Below are positions 26,805 through 39,057 of a stretch of 64,000 nucleotides of DNA, one piece after another. The translations under genes and the position numbers were made by a program. The number at the start of each line of letters is the position of its first letter. The stretch's first letter is position 1. The stretch covers positions 59,396,001-59,460,000 of the forward strand of contig OX597816.1 of NCBI GenBank assembly GCA_951406725.2, written 5' to 3'. The notes beneath the pieces are model-generated. The model saw only the letters and a list, made by a program, of their open reading frames with translations, searched no databases and was not told the DNA's origin. The stretch is from Octopus vulgaris (lineage: Eukaryota).

Positions 26805-27340
26805 TTCTATATTTAATCCTGTAGCGTCACTGGATCTGATTTTGTTTCAATAAACCACGATACACATTGTGTCTTTTCTTGAACAATAGCCATTGTTAAG
26901 GGTTTCACTTAACAGACCCTTTCCCATCAACACGTTACCTAAAACAACACAAATGCAAGATAGTTAAAAAATTTTGATTAGCACTGAGTACATAGAGCCA
27001 GTCTGATAACAAACCATATTCCCATCAATTATCTTTGTAATAAACTTTTGAAATCGTATAAGAAAATTTATAGACACCCTGTATATATACATACATTTAT
27101 CGGCCATACAACGGCACATGTGCTTTTCTCCGGACTTTCTGCTTCTTCCTCCTGTTTCTCCTCCCTGGACTTTTCTTCTTTCTGTCGAAGAGCCATGCTC
27201 GAAACGTCATTTCATCTCCTATTTTCCCGTCTAGAACTTTAACTGAGCGTCTATCAAATATATATTCTCTGTGTGTACGTCTAATTGACTTTCGTTTTTT
27301 CCCCGGTAATTTTTTTATAGTTTATTTCTCTTTCTTTCTT

Positions 27341-27390
<50 letters not shown>

Positions 27391-27475
27391 TTCGAGACAA
27401 AACCACTATTTTGCAAAACAAACAAGGAAAGACTTAATCAATACATAAAAATTTTTAATATAAAGAAATAAACCG

Positions 27476-27518
27476 CCACTACAATCGTTTCATGTCTTCA
27501 ATGACATTCGTCAGGTAG
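27476..27518 (-). ncRNA. Minimal type I hammerhead ribozyme
   Basis: CUAC-CUGACGA-AUGUC-AUUGAA-GACAU-GAAAC-GAUU-GUA-GUGG. Confidence 0.8.
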
Positions 27519-30417
27519 ATTTTCGATCTAAAATATCAATATATTAAAATATAAGTTTAAAATAATAAAATTATCAATGAAAAATATAAATATATATAAT
27601 CTATATATACTCTATATATAATCTATATATAATCAATATATAATCTAAAATAAACCCTATAAACAATTGAATATAAAGAAACCTATTATTAAAGTTCTCA
27701 TATTTAAAGATGTACAAAAAACAAAAAAACAAAAAACAAAAAACAAAAAACAAAAAAACAAAAACAAAAAAACAAAAAAACAAAAAACAAACAACATATA
27801 TATTATTATGGATGATTGGGCGTATTTAGAGGTGTATATATTGTGTTTTGTATGTATGTGTGAATGTTTACAATCCCCTTGTATTTTATTTGGTATGTTG
27901 AATATGGCAGTTTTATTTGGGTATTGTTTGTTGCAATATACGTTTATATAGATATTTAGGAGATGGTCCGTGAATAGGTAGGTATGGGTGTGTATGCATG
28001 TGTGCGTGTGTACAAGTGCAAGTGTAGATGCGGGAGTGTATGAGTGCTATGTAATTGAGTGGGATTGTTTATGCACTTGTATACATGCATGTTTTGAATG
28101 TGCGTGTGATTGCACCCGTCTGCGTGTACACACTCATATATACATATATTAATATTTATTTACTTTTTTGAAAGAGTGTATTTTATAAATATGTGTATGG
28201 GATGATATGTGTGAATGTATATATTTATATATATTTTATATATATATATATTTATGTTTGTATATGTATTTATTTAATCATTTATTGAGAGTCGGATTGA
28301 ATATATTGGTGTATATATCGAGTTTTGTACGTATGTATATGTATGTGTGAGTGTGTATATGGTTATGTTTGTGGGTGTGTGTATATATGTGTGTGTATTT
28401 GTGTGTATTGTGGATTTGGTAAGGGGTTTTATCTTTATATTTGTATGTATGGATTTCATTTATCATGATTATTTTATTAAGAATTTTTTAGTATTTTAGT
28501 CCCCATGCATTATAGCTTGGTATGTTGTTCTTGGTAGTTTTTTTATTGGGTATTGTTTTGTAGCCATTTATACGTATATTTAGATGTCTAGGAGAGTGTC
28601 CGTGAATATGCATATTATGGGTGTGTGTGCATGTGTGCGCGTGTATAAGTGCATGTGTAGATGTGGGAGTGCATGATTGCTATGTAAAAGTGTGTGCTTG
28701 TGTATGCACTTGTATACATGTATGATTGATGTGCGTGAGATTGCACCCATTTTTTTAGGGATATTTATATTTATTTATTTGTAAGGGTGTGGGAGTGAAT
28801 ATTTTGATGTATATATCGAGGTTTGTACGTATGTATATGTATGTGTGAGAGGAGTGGGTATATGTATATGTAGTGGGTGTGTGTTTTACGTGTGTGTATT
28901 TGTGTGTAAATGTATAGATAGGGGGATTGCTATATAGGTATGTTATAGTGTTTAATAAAGGGAGATTTTATCGTTATATGTATATATGAGTTTTCGTTTA
29001 TCATGGTAGTTTTATTAAAGAATTTGTAGTAGTTTCTGTCTGTTTAAGTGTTTAACATATTATTCCATTTATTCCATTCATAATTTTAAATAACGTTCGT
29101 TCTCCACGCGCAAAGAATTTTATAATTCCATTCTGTTCCATTCATAATTTTAAATGACGTTCGTTCACCGAGCTAAGAATTTTTATACATATGTTCGGTT
29201 TCTATGGTAACGTAATTTTGTTTAAAGTTATAACGGCTAGAGTTTGAATTCACTTCATAAATTAAAACAGATTAGGAGGTATGTATTTTTTTCTCCTTAT
29301 GTTAATCTTGTTACTTATGATAATCTGGTTACTTATGGAGTATTTTATATATCGTATTATGTGTAGATATGTTGTTTTTCTTTTGAGTGTTTATGTATGT
29401 GTGAATGTGTGTGTGTGTGTGCGTATTTGGTTGTGTAATTTATTTATCTATATGGGTGTGGGTGTGAATATATTGTTGTATATATCGAGTTTAGTACGTA
29501 TGTATATGTATATGTGAGGGGGTATATGTATATGTTATGGGTGTGTGTTTTACGTATGTGTATTTTTGTGTGTGAATGTATTGGGGATTGCTATATAGGT
29601 ATTATTGTGTATGGTAAAGGGTGTTTTATCATTATATGTATATATGGGTTTCATTATCATGATTGGTTTATTAATGATTTTGGAGTAAATTCTGTATATT
29701 TACGTTGATTAAATATTATTCCATTCTTTCCATTCATAATTTAAAAAAAAACGTTCGATCACCACGTGCAAAGAATTGTTTATTTTTACTTTGAGTGTTT
29801 ATGTATGTGTGAATGTGTGTGTGTGTGTGATTGTTTGCGTAATTTATTTATCTGTATGGGTGTGGGTGTGAATATATTGGTGTATATATCGAGTTCTGTA
29901 TGTATGTATATGTCTGTGTGAGCGGGTATTTGTATATTGTTTATGACTGTGGGTTGTATGAGTGTGTGAGGGAGTATGAATAAGTAATGTGTTGAAGTAT
30001 TTGGCTATTTTACTAATTTATTAATTTATCGTTGCCTAGACGTTTTTATGTGTATGTATAGAGATATATATATTGGTGTGTGAGTTAGTGTATGTATTTA
30101 GATATGGTTATATATACTTAGTTATATGTGTATGAGCATGTGTGTATATATAGTTTATTTTTATTTTGTTTTTGTTTTTTGTTTTTTGTTTTTTTTGTTT
30201 TTTGTTTTTGTTTTTTGTTTTTTTGTTTTTTGTACATCTTTAAATATGAGAACTTTAATAATAGGTTTCTTTATATTCAATTGTTTATAGGGTTTATTTT
30301 AGATTATATATTGATTATATATAGATTATATATAGATTATATATATTTATATTTTTCATTGATAATTTTATTATTTTAAACTTATATTTTAATATATTGA
30401 TATTTTAGATGGAAAAT

Positions 30418-30460
30418 CCACCTGACGAATGTCATTGAAGACATGAAACGATTGTAGTGG
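30418..30460 (+). ncRNA. Minimal type I hammerhead ribozyme
   Basis: CCAC-CUGACGA-AUGUC-AUUGAA-GACAU-GAAAC-GAUU-GUA-GUGG. Complete core, 4-bp stem I, 5-bp stem II, and GUA cleavage triplet (cut predicted after 30456). Confidence 0.85.
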
Positions 30461-30669
30461 CGGTTTATTTCTTTATATTAAAAATTTTTTATGTATTGAT
30501 TAAGTCTTTCCTTGTTTGTTTTGCAAAATAGTGGTTTTGTCTCGAATTAATATTATATAATATTTTACTATAAAATTGGATTAATCCTAAATCTGATTTT
30601 TTCCCTGTAAATTTGGATTTATTCCCTAATATTTATTATTATTATATATATATATATATATATATATAG

Positions 30670-30880
30670 TTAATTCAAACGAATAAAAAAGAAAAAAACG
30701 AACGTGAGGATGTGCACAAAAAAACGTATTGGCTTGACGCTCACTGAAAGGAAAGAGTTTGACGTTTCCAGCACAGATCTTCGTCGGAAAGGAGAAAGGC
30801 AAAAGTCCAAACAAGGAAAAGAAATCGCCAACGGCACACGTGTAGTTACGTTGCTGAAGTGATCGGAAGTGACCGGAAGT
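30670..30880 (-). mobile_element. Short PLE-like tail repeat with variant hammerhead motif (30758-30790)
   Basis: UUU-CCGACGAA-GAUC-UGU-GCUG-GAAAC-GUC-AAA. Homologous to 1395-1592. Confidence 0.55.
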
Positions 30881-30984
30881 GTACACACACACACACACAA
30901 ATAAGAAGAAATTGATATAAAGGTTGACGGACATACAATAACGGCTGGTAGTCATGCGTAACACTTGAAACTGCTCGCCAGATT

Positions 30985-31300
30985 CCCTATTGTAAAAGGC
31001 CCTGAAGCTACCCTTTAGGACATTGCAAAAATAAACTCGAACAGACTTTCGGCAAGATCGGCATCAACCAAAAAACTTGGAAGGGAGAAATAGAAGATCT
31101 CGCAAACTCTGGCATCAAACCTTTTCGACTTCTTTAGAACTCTTTCAACAAGAATGCAGAAATTAGAGGACAAACAACAAAGACAAAATCTCAGCCAAGC
31201 CCAAGTATGTCCACTTCCAGATAACTTAGACTATTGGGTACAACTTATAAGGGTGCATGTTCTCAGTTATCAGAATTAGTAACACTATAAACAAGACAGG
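30985..31300 (+). mobile_element. Decayed RTE-like LINE ORF C-terminus
   Basis: Frameshifted translation fragments FGKIGINQKTWKGEIED, LWHQT and LEDKQQR resemble the RTE C-terminal GI....WE..A.DR..WR...LE.KR.RR pattern. Confidence 0.45.
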
Positions 31301-33011
31301 AAAAGAAGAAACGAAACGCTGGTAAACGAATAGAAATATCCAGTAACAAGTTTGCAGACGACAGGGAATAATACGTTTTAGGTTTTGTCCCAGCAAAACC
31401 TTGGTGGAAATATCATTTTACTAAACACAAATGTTAAAAACATAGGACATAGCACCGTTGTACAGATCTGGAACCAGATACTGCCCTACAAACTCGATAC
31501 ATCGGGTAAAATAATATTAAAGAAATTTAGCCATAATACAATTGCATGGTCACAGGACCAACGCAAACACAATTCTCCGTAACAATAATAACAACAACAA
31601 TAACAAAAATAATAATGTACTATCTTGTGTATTGTCGTTGGGCCACGTATATAAATATAACCCTAAAATACAAAAAAATATAAAGTAGACAAACATACTG
31701 TAATTGTATGGAACATGAAAAATAATGACCGTCACAAAAAGGCACAATGGTTATTAGGAAAATATAATCAGGAGTTTGTATAAACTGAGATGACAAAAGT
31801 ATTGTTATAGTAACATCTGTGATGTGTAGTTTCTTGATTAAACATAAACCCTCATTGCAATGGCTCTTGTCTATTAATAACTCTCAACCAATAAACTAAA
31901 CTATTGTGTTTCTCTGTATAACCTCAGGGTAAAATTACAGTTCGACGTTGATCAGAAATGTAGGGACATAGAACAATGACATAAACTGGGAACAATGTGC
32001 AGTTATAAAAAGAGGAGACAGGGTACAGATCTAGGAAAAAGGGACAAGGTACAACTGTATACTAGAAAATAATCCCTTCTACTTACTATACGCCCAAAGC
32101 CTTAAATTTAGGCGTGTTTGTGCCGATTCACTGAAAATAATATGGGGGTTATTACATCGAAATTTCAGGCCCTTAAATACGAAGAGTACAGGCGCAGGAG
32201 AAAAAAAAACCCATTTAACACTAGAGAATAAGATAATTTCTGGTGCAACTTCCACCAGACACATTACCAGTGACCTTTGACTGTAGCCATCTCATAGAAT
32301 TGATCCTACAAATGTTTGTCACGAAAGAAGCAGTAAATATGTTGAACCCCAGGCAAACCCTGACTTAAATAGATTAGATTGTAGCGCAGACTCTGGTGAA
32401 ATTCCTCTCTCCCTTTATCATATATACATGCATTCGAACGTAGCAGGGAACAGCTAGCCTTTGGTTGCTATTTTGATCCCGTTGTGTCTGCTACTTTGAT
32501 TGGTTGGTATTGGCGCAATTTGTCTCTTACTCTGTCGCGCCAACTTGCCGTGTATAACCAGTCGGAGGCCCTAAATAGGATCATGTGGGACAACCTATTC
32601 ACCACCCTGTTTGAACAGACAGTTCCTTATAAAAACTCAGCTTTTCTTCGCTCCAGAGTTTTTATACAAGAAATTAAAAGGTTACAGAGAATGGCCACTT
32701 GCAGTTTAACTTCTGTTAAGATACATAAATAATTGGGAACATCTCAAAGTTCTACAGCTCGAACGACACGGAGCAAGATGTTATACAGGGATAATCCTGG
32801 GAGGTCATTTTTGCAAATTTTAGCATAAAAAATACAAAACATCAGTGCAAGAACTAATAGAGAGTTCTAGTTTCCATATATACCGTATTGTCAGTTTGAG
32901 AAGAAGGGTCAATTTATTGTACATCCTTTGTTCACGATGGAAAACACGGGACATACAATATGTTCAGCGGTTCTCAAGAGTTCAACTGCATAGCGAAAGA
33001 AAACAGAAATA

Positions 33012-34292
33012 TTAGGTCGTCAAATATGAAATTTGTAGAAAAGAAAAAAAAAATTTGCTAATGTTTTATAAATACAAGGAATAATTTTATTCATCAAAGT
33101 ATGCACCTATATCTTTTGCCATTTCAGCGGTAGTTTGTCCAGCCCGGAACTGTAAAATCCTGGCAATCTAGAGTCAATAAAATCTTGGAAAGCCTGTTTT
33201 ACAGCATCGTCGGAGTTAAATTTTTTTCCTATAAAAAAACTACCCAAATTCTGGAAGAAGTGGTAGTCAGTAGGGGCAAGATAGGGTGAGTATGGTGGAT
33301 GATGGAGAACTTCCAACTCCAACTCATGTAGTTTCGCCAATGTCATTTTTGCGATGTGTTGTCTGACGCTGTCTTGCAATAAAATAGGAATGGATCTGTT
33401 GACTAATCTAGGCTGTTTTTCTTTTGTAAATCTCTGCATCATTTGGTCCAGCTGGCTGCAGTATATTTCGGCCGTGATTGATGAGCCAGGTTTAATGAAA
33501 TCATAATGGATCATACCTGCGCCAGACCACCAAACACACACCATCAGCTTCTTTTGATGAATTTTGCTTTGTGGACTGTGTTTTGGTGGCTGGTCTTTGT
33601 CCAACCATTGTGCTGACGTTTACGGTTGTTGTATTGGATTAATTTCTCATCACATGTTACAATTCGATTAAAAAATGATTCATTTTTGTGACGAGAAAGT
33701 AGCATAATGCAGGCTTCCAAACGTTGCTGTTTCTGATTTTCATTGAGATCATGTGGAACCCACTTATCCAACTTTATCACTTTACCGATTTGAACTAGGT
33801 GGGTCAATATTGTTTGCTTGCTAACACCAAACAACAATGATAATTCACAGGTAGTTTGAGATGCATCTGACTCGACGGTGGCTTTCAGTTCGTCATTATT
33901 CACCTTTGATTCTGGTCGACTGCGTTGCTCATTTCTGTGGTCAAAGTTACCAGAACGAAATTTTGCAAACCAATTTGATACTATCTGCTGTGTAATAAAA
34001 TTAGAATGAAATACCCCTTAATATTCTGAACTGTCTTTGATGTTGTATTTCCAAGAAAGAACTCATATGTCAAAACTGTACTAATTTCCGACTTATCCAT
34101 CTCTAAACAAAAATAGCCAAAAACGATTTATATATATATTTTATAAAGCACAAAATCAGTTAGAATAAAGAAATAGATGTGTCATCACTCTAACAAAAAA
34201 TAAAGATTGTCAAAATATAATAATGGCGCAAAATGAGCAGCTATCAAAGTTTACCACAGGCCTTACTACAAATTTCATACTCGACGACCTAA
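33012..34292 (-). mobile_element. Full-length mariner (DD34D) with frameshifted transposase
   Basis: 27-bp TIRs ttaggtcgtcaaatatgaaatttgtag / ctacaaatttcatactcgacgacctaa (2 mismatches), TA-flanked. ATG at 34100. Motifs WVPHDL, TCDEK, LQDS and YSPYLAPTDYH in ORFs 33544-33903 and 33107-33604. Confidence 0.95.
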
Positions 34293-34648
34293 TATGAAAG
34301 GATTCTCTACAATGGCATTCAGTGACATGTTGGATGGAATCCTAGTTTAGAATACTAATCCAAATAACAATACGAGGTTACACTCAGGTAAGACCAGGTG
34401 CTGCAAATTCAAATATTGATCAACTCATAAAAATTCAACAATTCTTAAAAAAGACAAAAATAAAAACTGGAAGATGGTGCCTCTGCAGCCAAATATCTCA
34501 AATTTGTTAAAGACTGTTAACAAGTGTCCTGTTACTTGTCCTGTTTTCCATTTCCTTCTCTCGTTGTTTGCGTATTGAACTCATTTGTTTTCGTATTTCA
34601 TGTTGTTTACTGTTGATGACGTCCTGTACCCACCCATTTATGCGTATG

Positions 34649-34704
<56 letters not shown>

Positions 34705-34801
34705 GTAACATGAACAGTAACATGGCAAATTACATTATCATATAGCATGAAATGATTGTGGATTAATAATGGTTAAATACTTCGTCTGTGAGTATGAAAT
34801 G

Positions 34802-35008
34802 CCTCCTCTTACCACTGGAAATGTAAATCTTCACTATGGATTAATTCACCTTTTTTGTGAAGCTAATAAGTCTTTAAAAACCTGTGATAAGTCTGTGCAT
34901 CATCCTCCTCATATCTCTAGAAATTTAAATCTACACTATGGACTGATTCATCTTCTCTTCGAAACTAATAAGTTTTTAAAAATCTGTGATAAGACTGTGC
35001 ATCATCAT
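34802..35008. repeat. Two diverged 102-bp tandem units
   Basis: cctcctc...cactatgga...ctaataag...ctgtgataag..tgtgcatcatc starting at 34802 and 34904. Confidence 0.75.
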
Positions 35009-35239
35009 TAAGGAACTTTGGAAAACTGTTTACAACCTATATCTGCCTCTAATGGAATTATCTCCAATATTTCATGAGTATAACCTCACCCACTAAGATG
35101 TCTAGAGAACTCAAATGTATTTTAGCTGATGAGTACAGGACACTTTTATCTGCTGCAATTTTTGCAACTTGTAATAAAGCCTGTCTTTGTATGAAACAAT
35201 TGTACTAAAAACTAATCCATTCTTGTTGCTTCTTTCTCG

Positions 35240-35281
<42 letters not shown>

Positions 35282-35400
35282 ACTTACTTGGGAAATGGTT
35301 GCGTGGCGCTCGATCATATAATGATATAAATATATATGCATATATACATAGATGTATGTACATACCTACATATATATGTGTATATATATATATGCATGCC

Positions 35401-35600
35401 TATATGGGTACAGGACGTCAAAAAAAAAAAACGTGAACAAAATGAGAAACAAGAACATAAAAAACAAAAACATAGAAAACGAAATTTTTTTTTCGAACAA
35501 CGAAAGAAACAAACAGAGAAACGAGACAGGCAACATAAAGAACATTCCCTTCATCAGTTGTCGCCTGTTTTATCTACTCCGTGTCCCGACGTTTGAAACG
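35401..35600 (-). mobile_element. Dispersed PLE-like tail repeat (atatgggtacaggacgtcaaaa family)
   Basis: Near-identical to 46303-46460, with a related copy at about 34510-34640 in the opposite orientation. All abut TA/TG microsatellites. Confidence 0.55.
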
Positions 35601-35964
35601 CGGAATAATTCTAATTGTGTTTTACTTAGCGACAAGGCCTCAAATTGTGTTGAGTGGCGGGGAATGTCGTATTTTATGAGTTTTCAGCAGACTACAACCA
35701 CGATGATCACAACAACTGCAACAGCCCTAACTACAGTAATTGATCTCCTTACTATATCGATTCTTTTCTACTCTAGGCACAAGATTAGATCGACCCCAGT
35801 ACGCAACTGGTACTTAATTTAATCGACTCCGAAAGGATGAAAGGCAGAGTCGACCTTGGGTTGCTATGTCTATTACCACACGGCGACCACCTTCTATCAC
35901 GTCAACACTACCTCTACTACTACCACTACTGCCTCGCCGTACTCTCACAATAGCGCTATTACTC

Positions 35965-36362
35965 CACAACACCACCAATACTACCACCACCACGATCAAT
36001 ACCACCACGTCCAACATCACCATCACCACCACCACCATCACCACCACCATCACCACCATCACCACCACCAGCAATACCACCATCATTACCACCACCGCCA
36101 TTACCACCACCACCACCACCACCATCACCACCACCAGCAATACCACCATCATTATCACCACCACCATTACCACCACCACCACCACCACCACCACCACCAC
36201 GTCCAACATCACCAATACCACCATCACCATCACCACCACCAACAATACCACCACCACCACCACCACCACCACCACCACCACCACCACCACCACCACCACC
36301 ACCACCACCACCACCACCACCACTACCACCACTACCACCACGTCCACCATCACCACCACCTC
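35965..36362. repeat. (CAC)n/(CAT)n trinucleotide tract
   Basis: Read directly from the sequence. Confidence 0.97.
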
Positions 36363-36531
36363 AACAACAAATACACTAACCCACCCCCACTTCTTTTTTA
36401 ATGAGAATTACACCAAATGTCATTAATTATGTTTTGAATCTCTTTTGTTTGTGAATCACGTGAACGGAACAGCGTGATACCATCTTTCTTTGGCATCTGT
36501 GTGTGTATGTATATATGTATATATGTATGTA

Positions 36532-36564
<33 letters not shown>

Positions 36565-37094
36565 ATGTATGTATGTATGTATGTATGTATGTATGTATGT
36601 ATGTATGTATGTATGTACGTACGTACGTATGTATCTGTGTACGTGTATTTGAGAGTGTGTATGTGTGTGTATGAGTGTTTGGGTACGTGCCTGCGTGTAT
36701 GCCTGTATATATTTGTTCTCGTGTGTTTGTATAAGTGCGCACACGTATCTTTCGGGTGTCCGTCTGGGAAATAGTAACAAAATGCGCGGGTGTAAGTACG
36801 TATGCTTATACACATATATGTGTGTGTGTATGTATGTGTGTGTGTGTGTGTGTGTGAGTGTGTGTGTGAGTAAGTGTGTGTGTGTGTTTGTTGTGTCTGT
36901 GTTTGTCCCGCCAACACTGCTTGGCAACCGATGCTTGTGTGTTTACGTCCCCGTAACTTAGCGGTTCGGCATAACAGACGGATAGAATAAGTATTAGGCT
37001 CACAGACAATAAGTCCTGGGGTCGATTTGCTCGACGAAAGGCAGTGCTCCAGCATGGCTGCAGTCAAATGACTGAAGCAAGTAAAAGAATAAAA

Positions 37095-37140
<46 letters not shown>

Positions 37141-37302
37141 ACGTACATATATACTTATATATATATATATATATATATAATTAATTAATAAGGTGAGAGA
37201 ATTAGATACTAATTTAATAGTATATTTATTCCACACCAAGTGGCCTATGTACGAGAAACCTGGATTATTATAATATTTTATAACATATTATAATATTTTC
37301 AC

Positions 37303-37616
<314 letters not shown>

Positions 37617-37709
37617 AACGGTAAGATAACAAAAGAAAGAAAGAGACCTCAATATTATGTAAATAGAGGAAATTTATCTATACAATATGTTACATTACTC
37701 GGTAGTCAA

Positions 37710-37770
37710 GATAAAACTCTGAGTTTCAGATGCCGAAGTGGAAATCCACAACACCATCTCTTCGGTTATC
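37710..37770 (-). ncRNA. Variant type I hammerhead motif in the 3' pLTR (inverted twin at 38447-38506, +)
   Basis: GAUAA-CCGAAGA-GAUG...CAUC-U-GAAAC-UCAGA-GUU-UUAUC. U4 is C and there is an extra U before GAAA. Same strand as the endonuclease ORF. Confidence 0.65.
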
Positions 37771-37988
37771 TGGCTATTTGAAAACGTTATGAAAAAATAC
37801 CGTTAAAAATGAAGGAAATTACTCTGTTATAACTCTGCTTTGCCTGCGTACTTATACATCGCTCGCATTTTTCGTCATAAAAATTATATAAAAATACATA
37901 AAAAATATATAAAAATATATAAAAATATATAAAATCATATAAAATCTTCTTGGGACATAACACAGAAAGCATGTTCTATCCGTTTTCT

Positions 37989-38408
37989 TTAGGGGACCAA
38001 AAACGTAACAAATTTAGTCACATGTGGGCATGATCCGAAAAGTTCTGTCCTTGTATTTAGACATGTGGTAGGGTCTAAGCTGCTTTTCCAGATAAGCCAT
38101 CTCTCCATGTCGCATAAACCGCACCTTCCGCTGCCGTTAGTATAGGGCTTACATCTGGCCAAAATCTTCCATTGTATGTTATAATCGACACCTTTATCTC
38201 TTAAAGACCAAATATGATTGGATAATTGTGTCGCTTTTCTTTTGTTCCAGTGCCTAAAGCTCAAAGTGTGGTTATTGAACCTGGCCTTGAAATTACCCTC
38301 TGTCAGGCCCACGTATTTCTTCGTCAAAACGGTGTCTTTAGTGGTTATAGAGTTTACGGTAGCCTCATATATGATGGTCTTGGACATGCAAGCTCCATTT
38401 CCCTTCAT
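37989..38408 (-). pseudogene. PLE GIY-YIG endonuclease domain (C-terminal fragment of the RT-EN ORF)
   Basis: IIY...YVGLT...FKARFNNH...LSNHIW...W.IL...CGLCDME...LNTRTE...CPH, with no internal stops. Confidence 0.88.
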
Positions 38409-38536
38409 TTTTAACGGTATTTTTTCATAACGTTTTCAAATAGCCAGATAACCGAAGAGATGGTGTTGTGGATTTCACTTCGGCATCTGAAACTCAGAGT
38501 TTTATCTTGACTACCGAGTAATGTAACATATTGTAT

Positions 38537-38581
<45 letters not shown>

Positions 38582-38624
38582 ATATATGTACGTAGGTATA
38601 TATGTATATACGTACGCACGTACA

Positions 38625-38940
38625 GGTGAAGGCGCGTGGCTAAGTGATTACGGCATTCGGCTCGTGCTCGTAGGGTCGCCAGTTCGATTCCCGGCGGCGC
38701 ATTGTGTCCTTGAGCAAGACACTTTATCTCCCATTGCTCCATTCCACTCAGCTGGCAATAATGAATGAACCTATATGTTAGGAGGTCAGCCTTGTTGTGT
38801 CACGCTGAATTTCCCTGAGAAGTATATGAAGGGGTACATGTGTCTGTGGAGTGCTCAGCCGCTTACACGTTAATTTCATGAACAAGCTATTCTGTTAATC
38901 AGATCAATTGGGACCCTCGTCGTCGTAAACGACGAAGGGT
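38625..38940 (+). mobile_element. tRNA-SINE family C
   Basis: ggtgaaggcgcgtggctaagtg...agttcgattcccgg...gtgtccttgagcaagacacttt. Other copies at 40615-40920 (-), 44320-44580 (-) and partially 51315-51445 (-). Confidence 0.82.
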
Positions 38941-38974
38941 CAGACGTACGTACGTATGTATGTATATATATATG

Positions 38975-39046
<72 letters not shown>

Positions 39047-39057
39047 TGAATGGGTAT

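Larger units (their letters stand above)
27386..30640 (+). mobile_element. Non-coding PLE-derived / retrozyme-like element with ~400-bp inverted termini
   Basis: 27386-27795 is the near-perfect reverse complement of about 30160-30551. Both arms carry a hammerhead motif. A ~90-bp tail is present only on the right. (TA)n lies on both flanks. The interior is TG/AT-rich diverged tandem repeats. Confidence 0.75.
37620..38539 (-). mobile_element. 5'-truncated Penelope-like element: inverted partial pLTR, endonuclease domain and 3' pLTR, inserted in (TA)n
   Basis: 38402-38539 is the reverse complement of about 37677-37815. A GIY-YIG ORF lies between them. Hammerhead-like motifs at 37710-37770 (-) and 38447-38506 (+). 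Confidence 0.9.

Noticed and set aside
37989-38408. Selenoprotein-type PLE or a host GIY-YIG nuclease gene
   Set aside because: There is no in-frame TGA in this fragment, and the ORF start is created by the inverted pLTR junction, so it is a truncated transposon domain.
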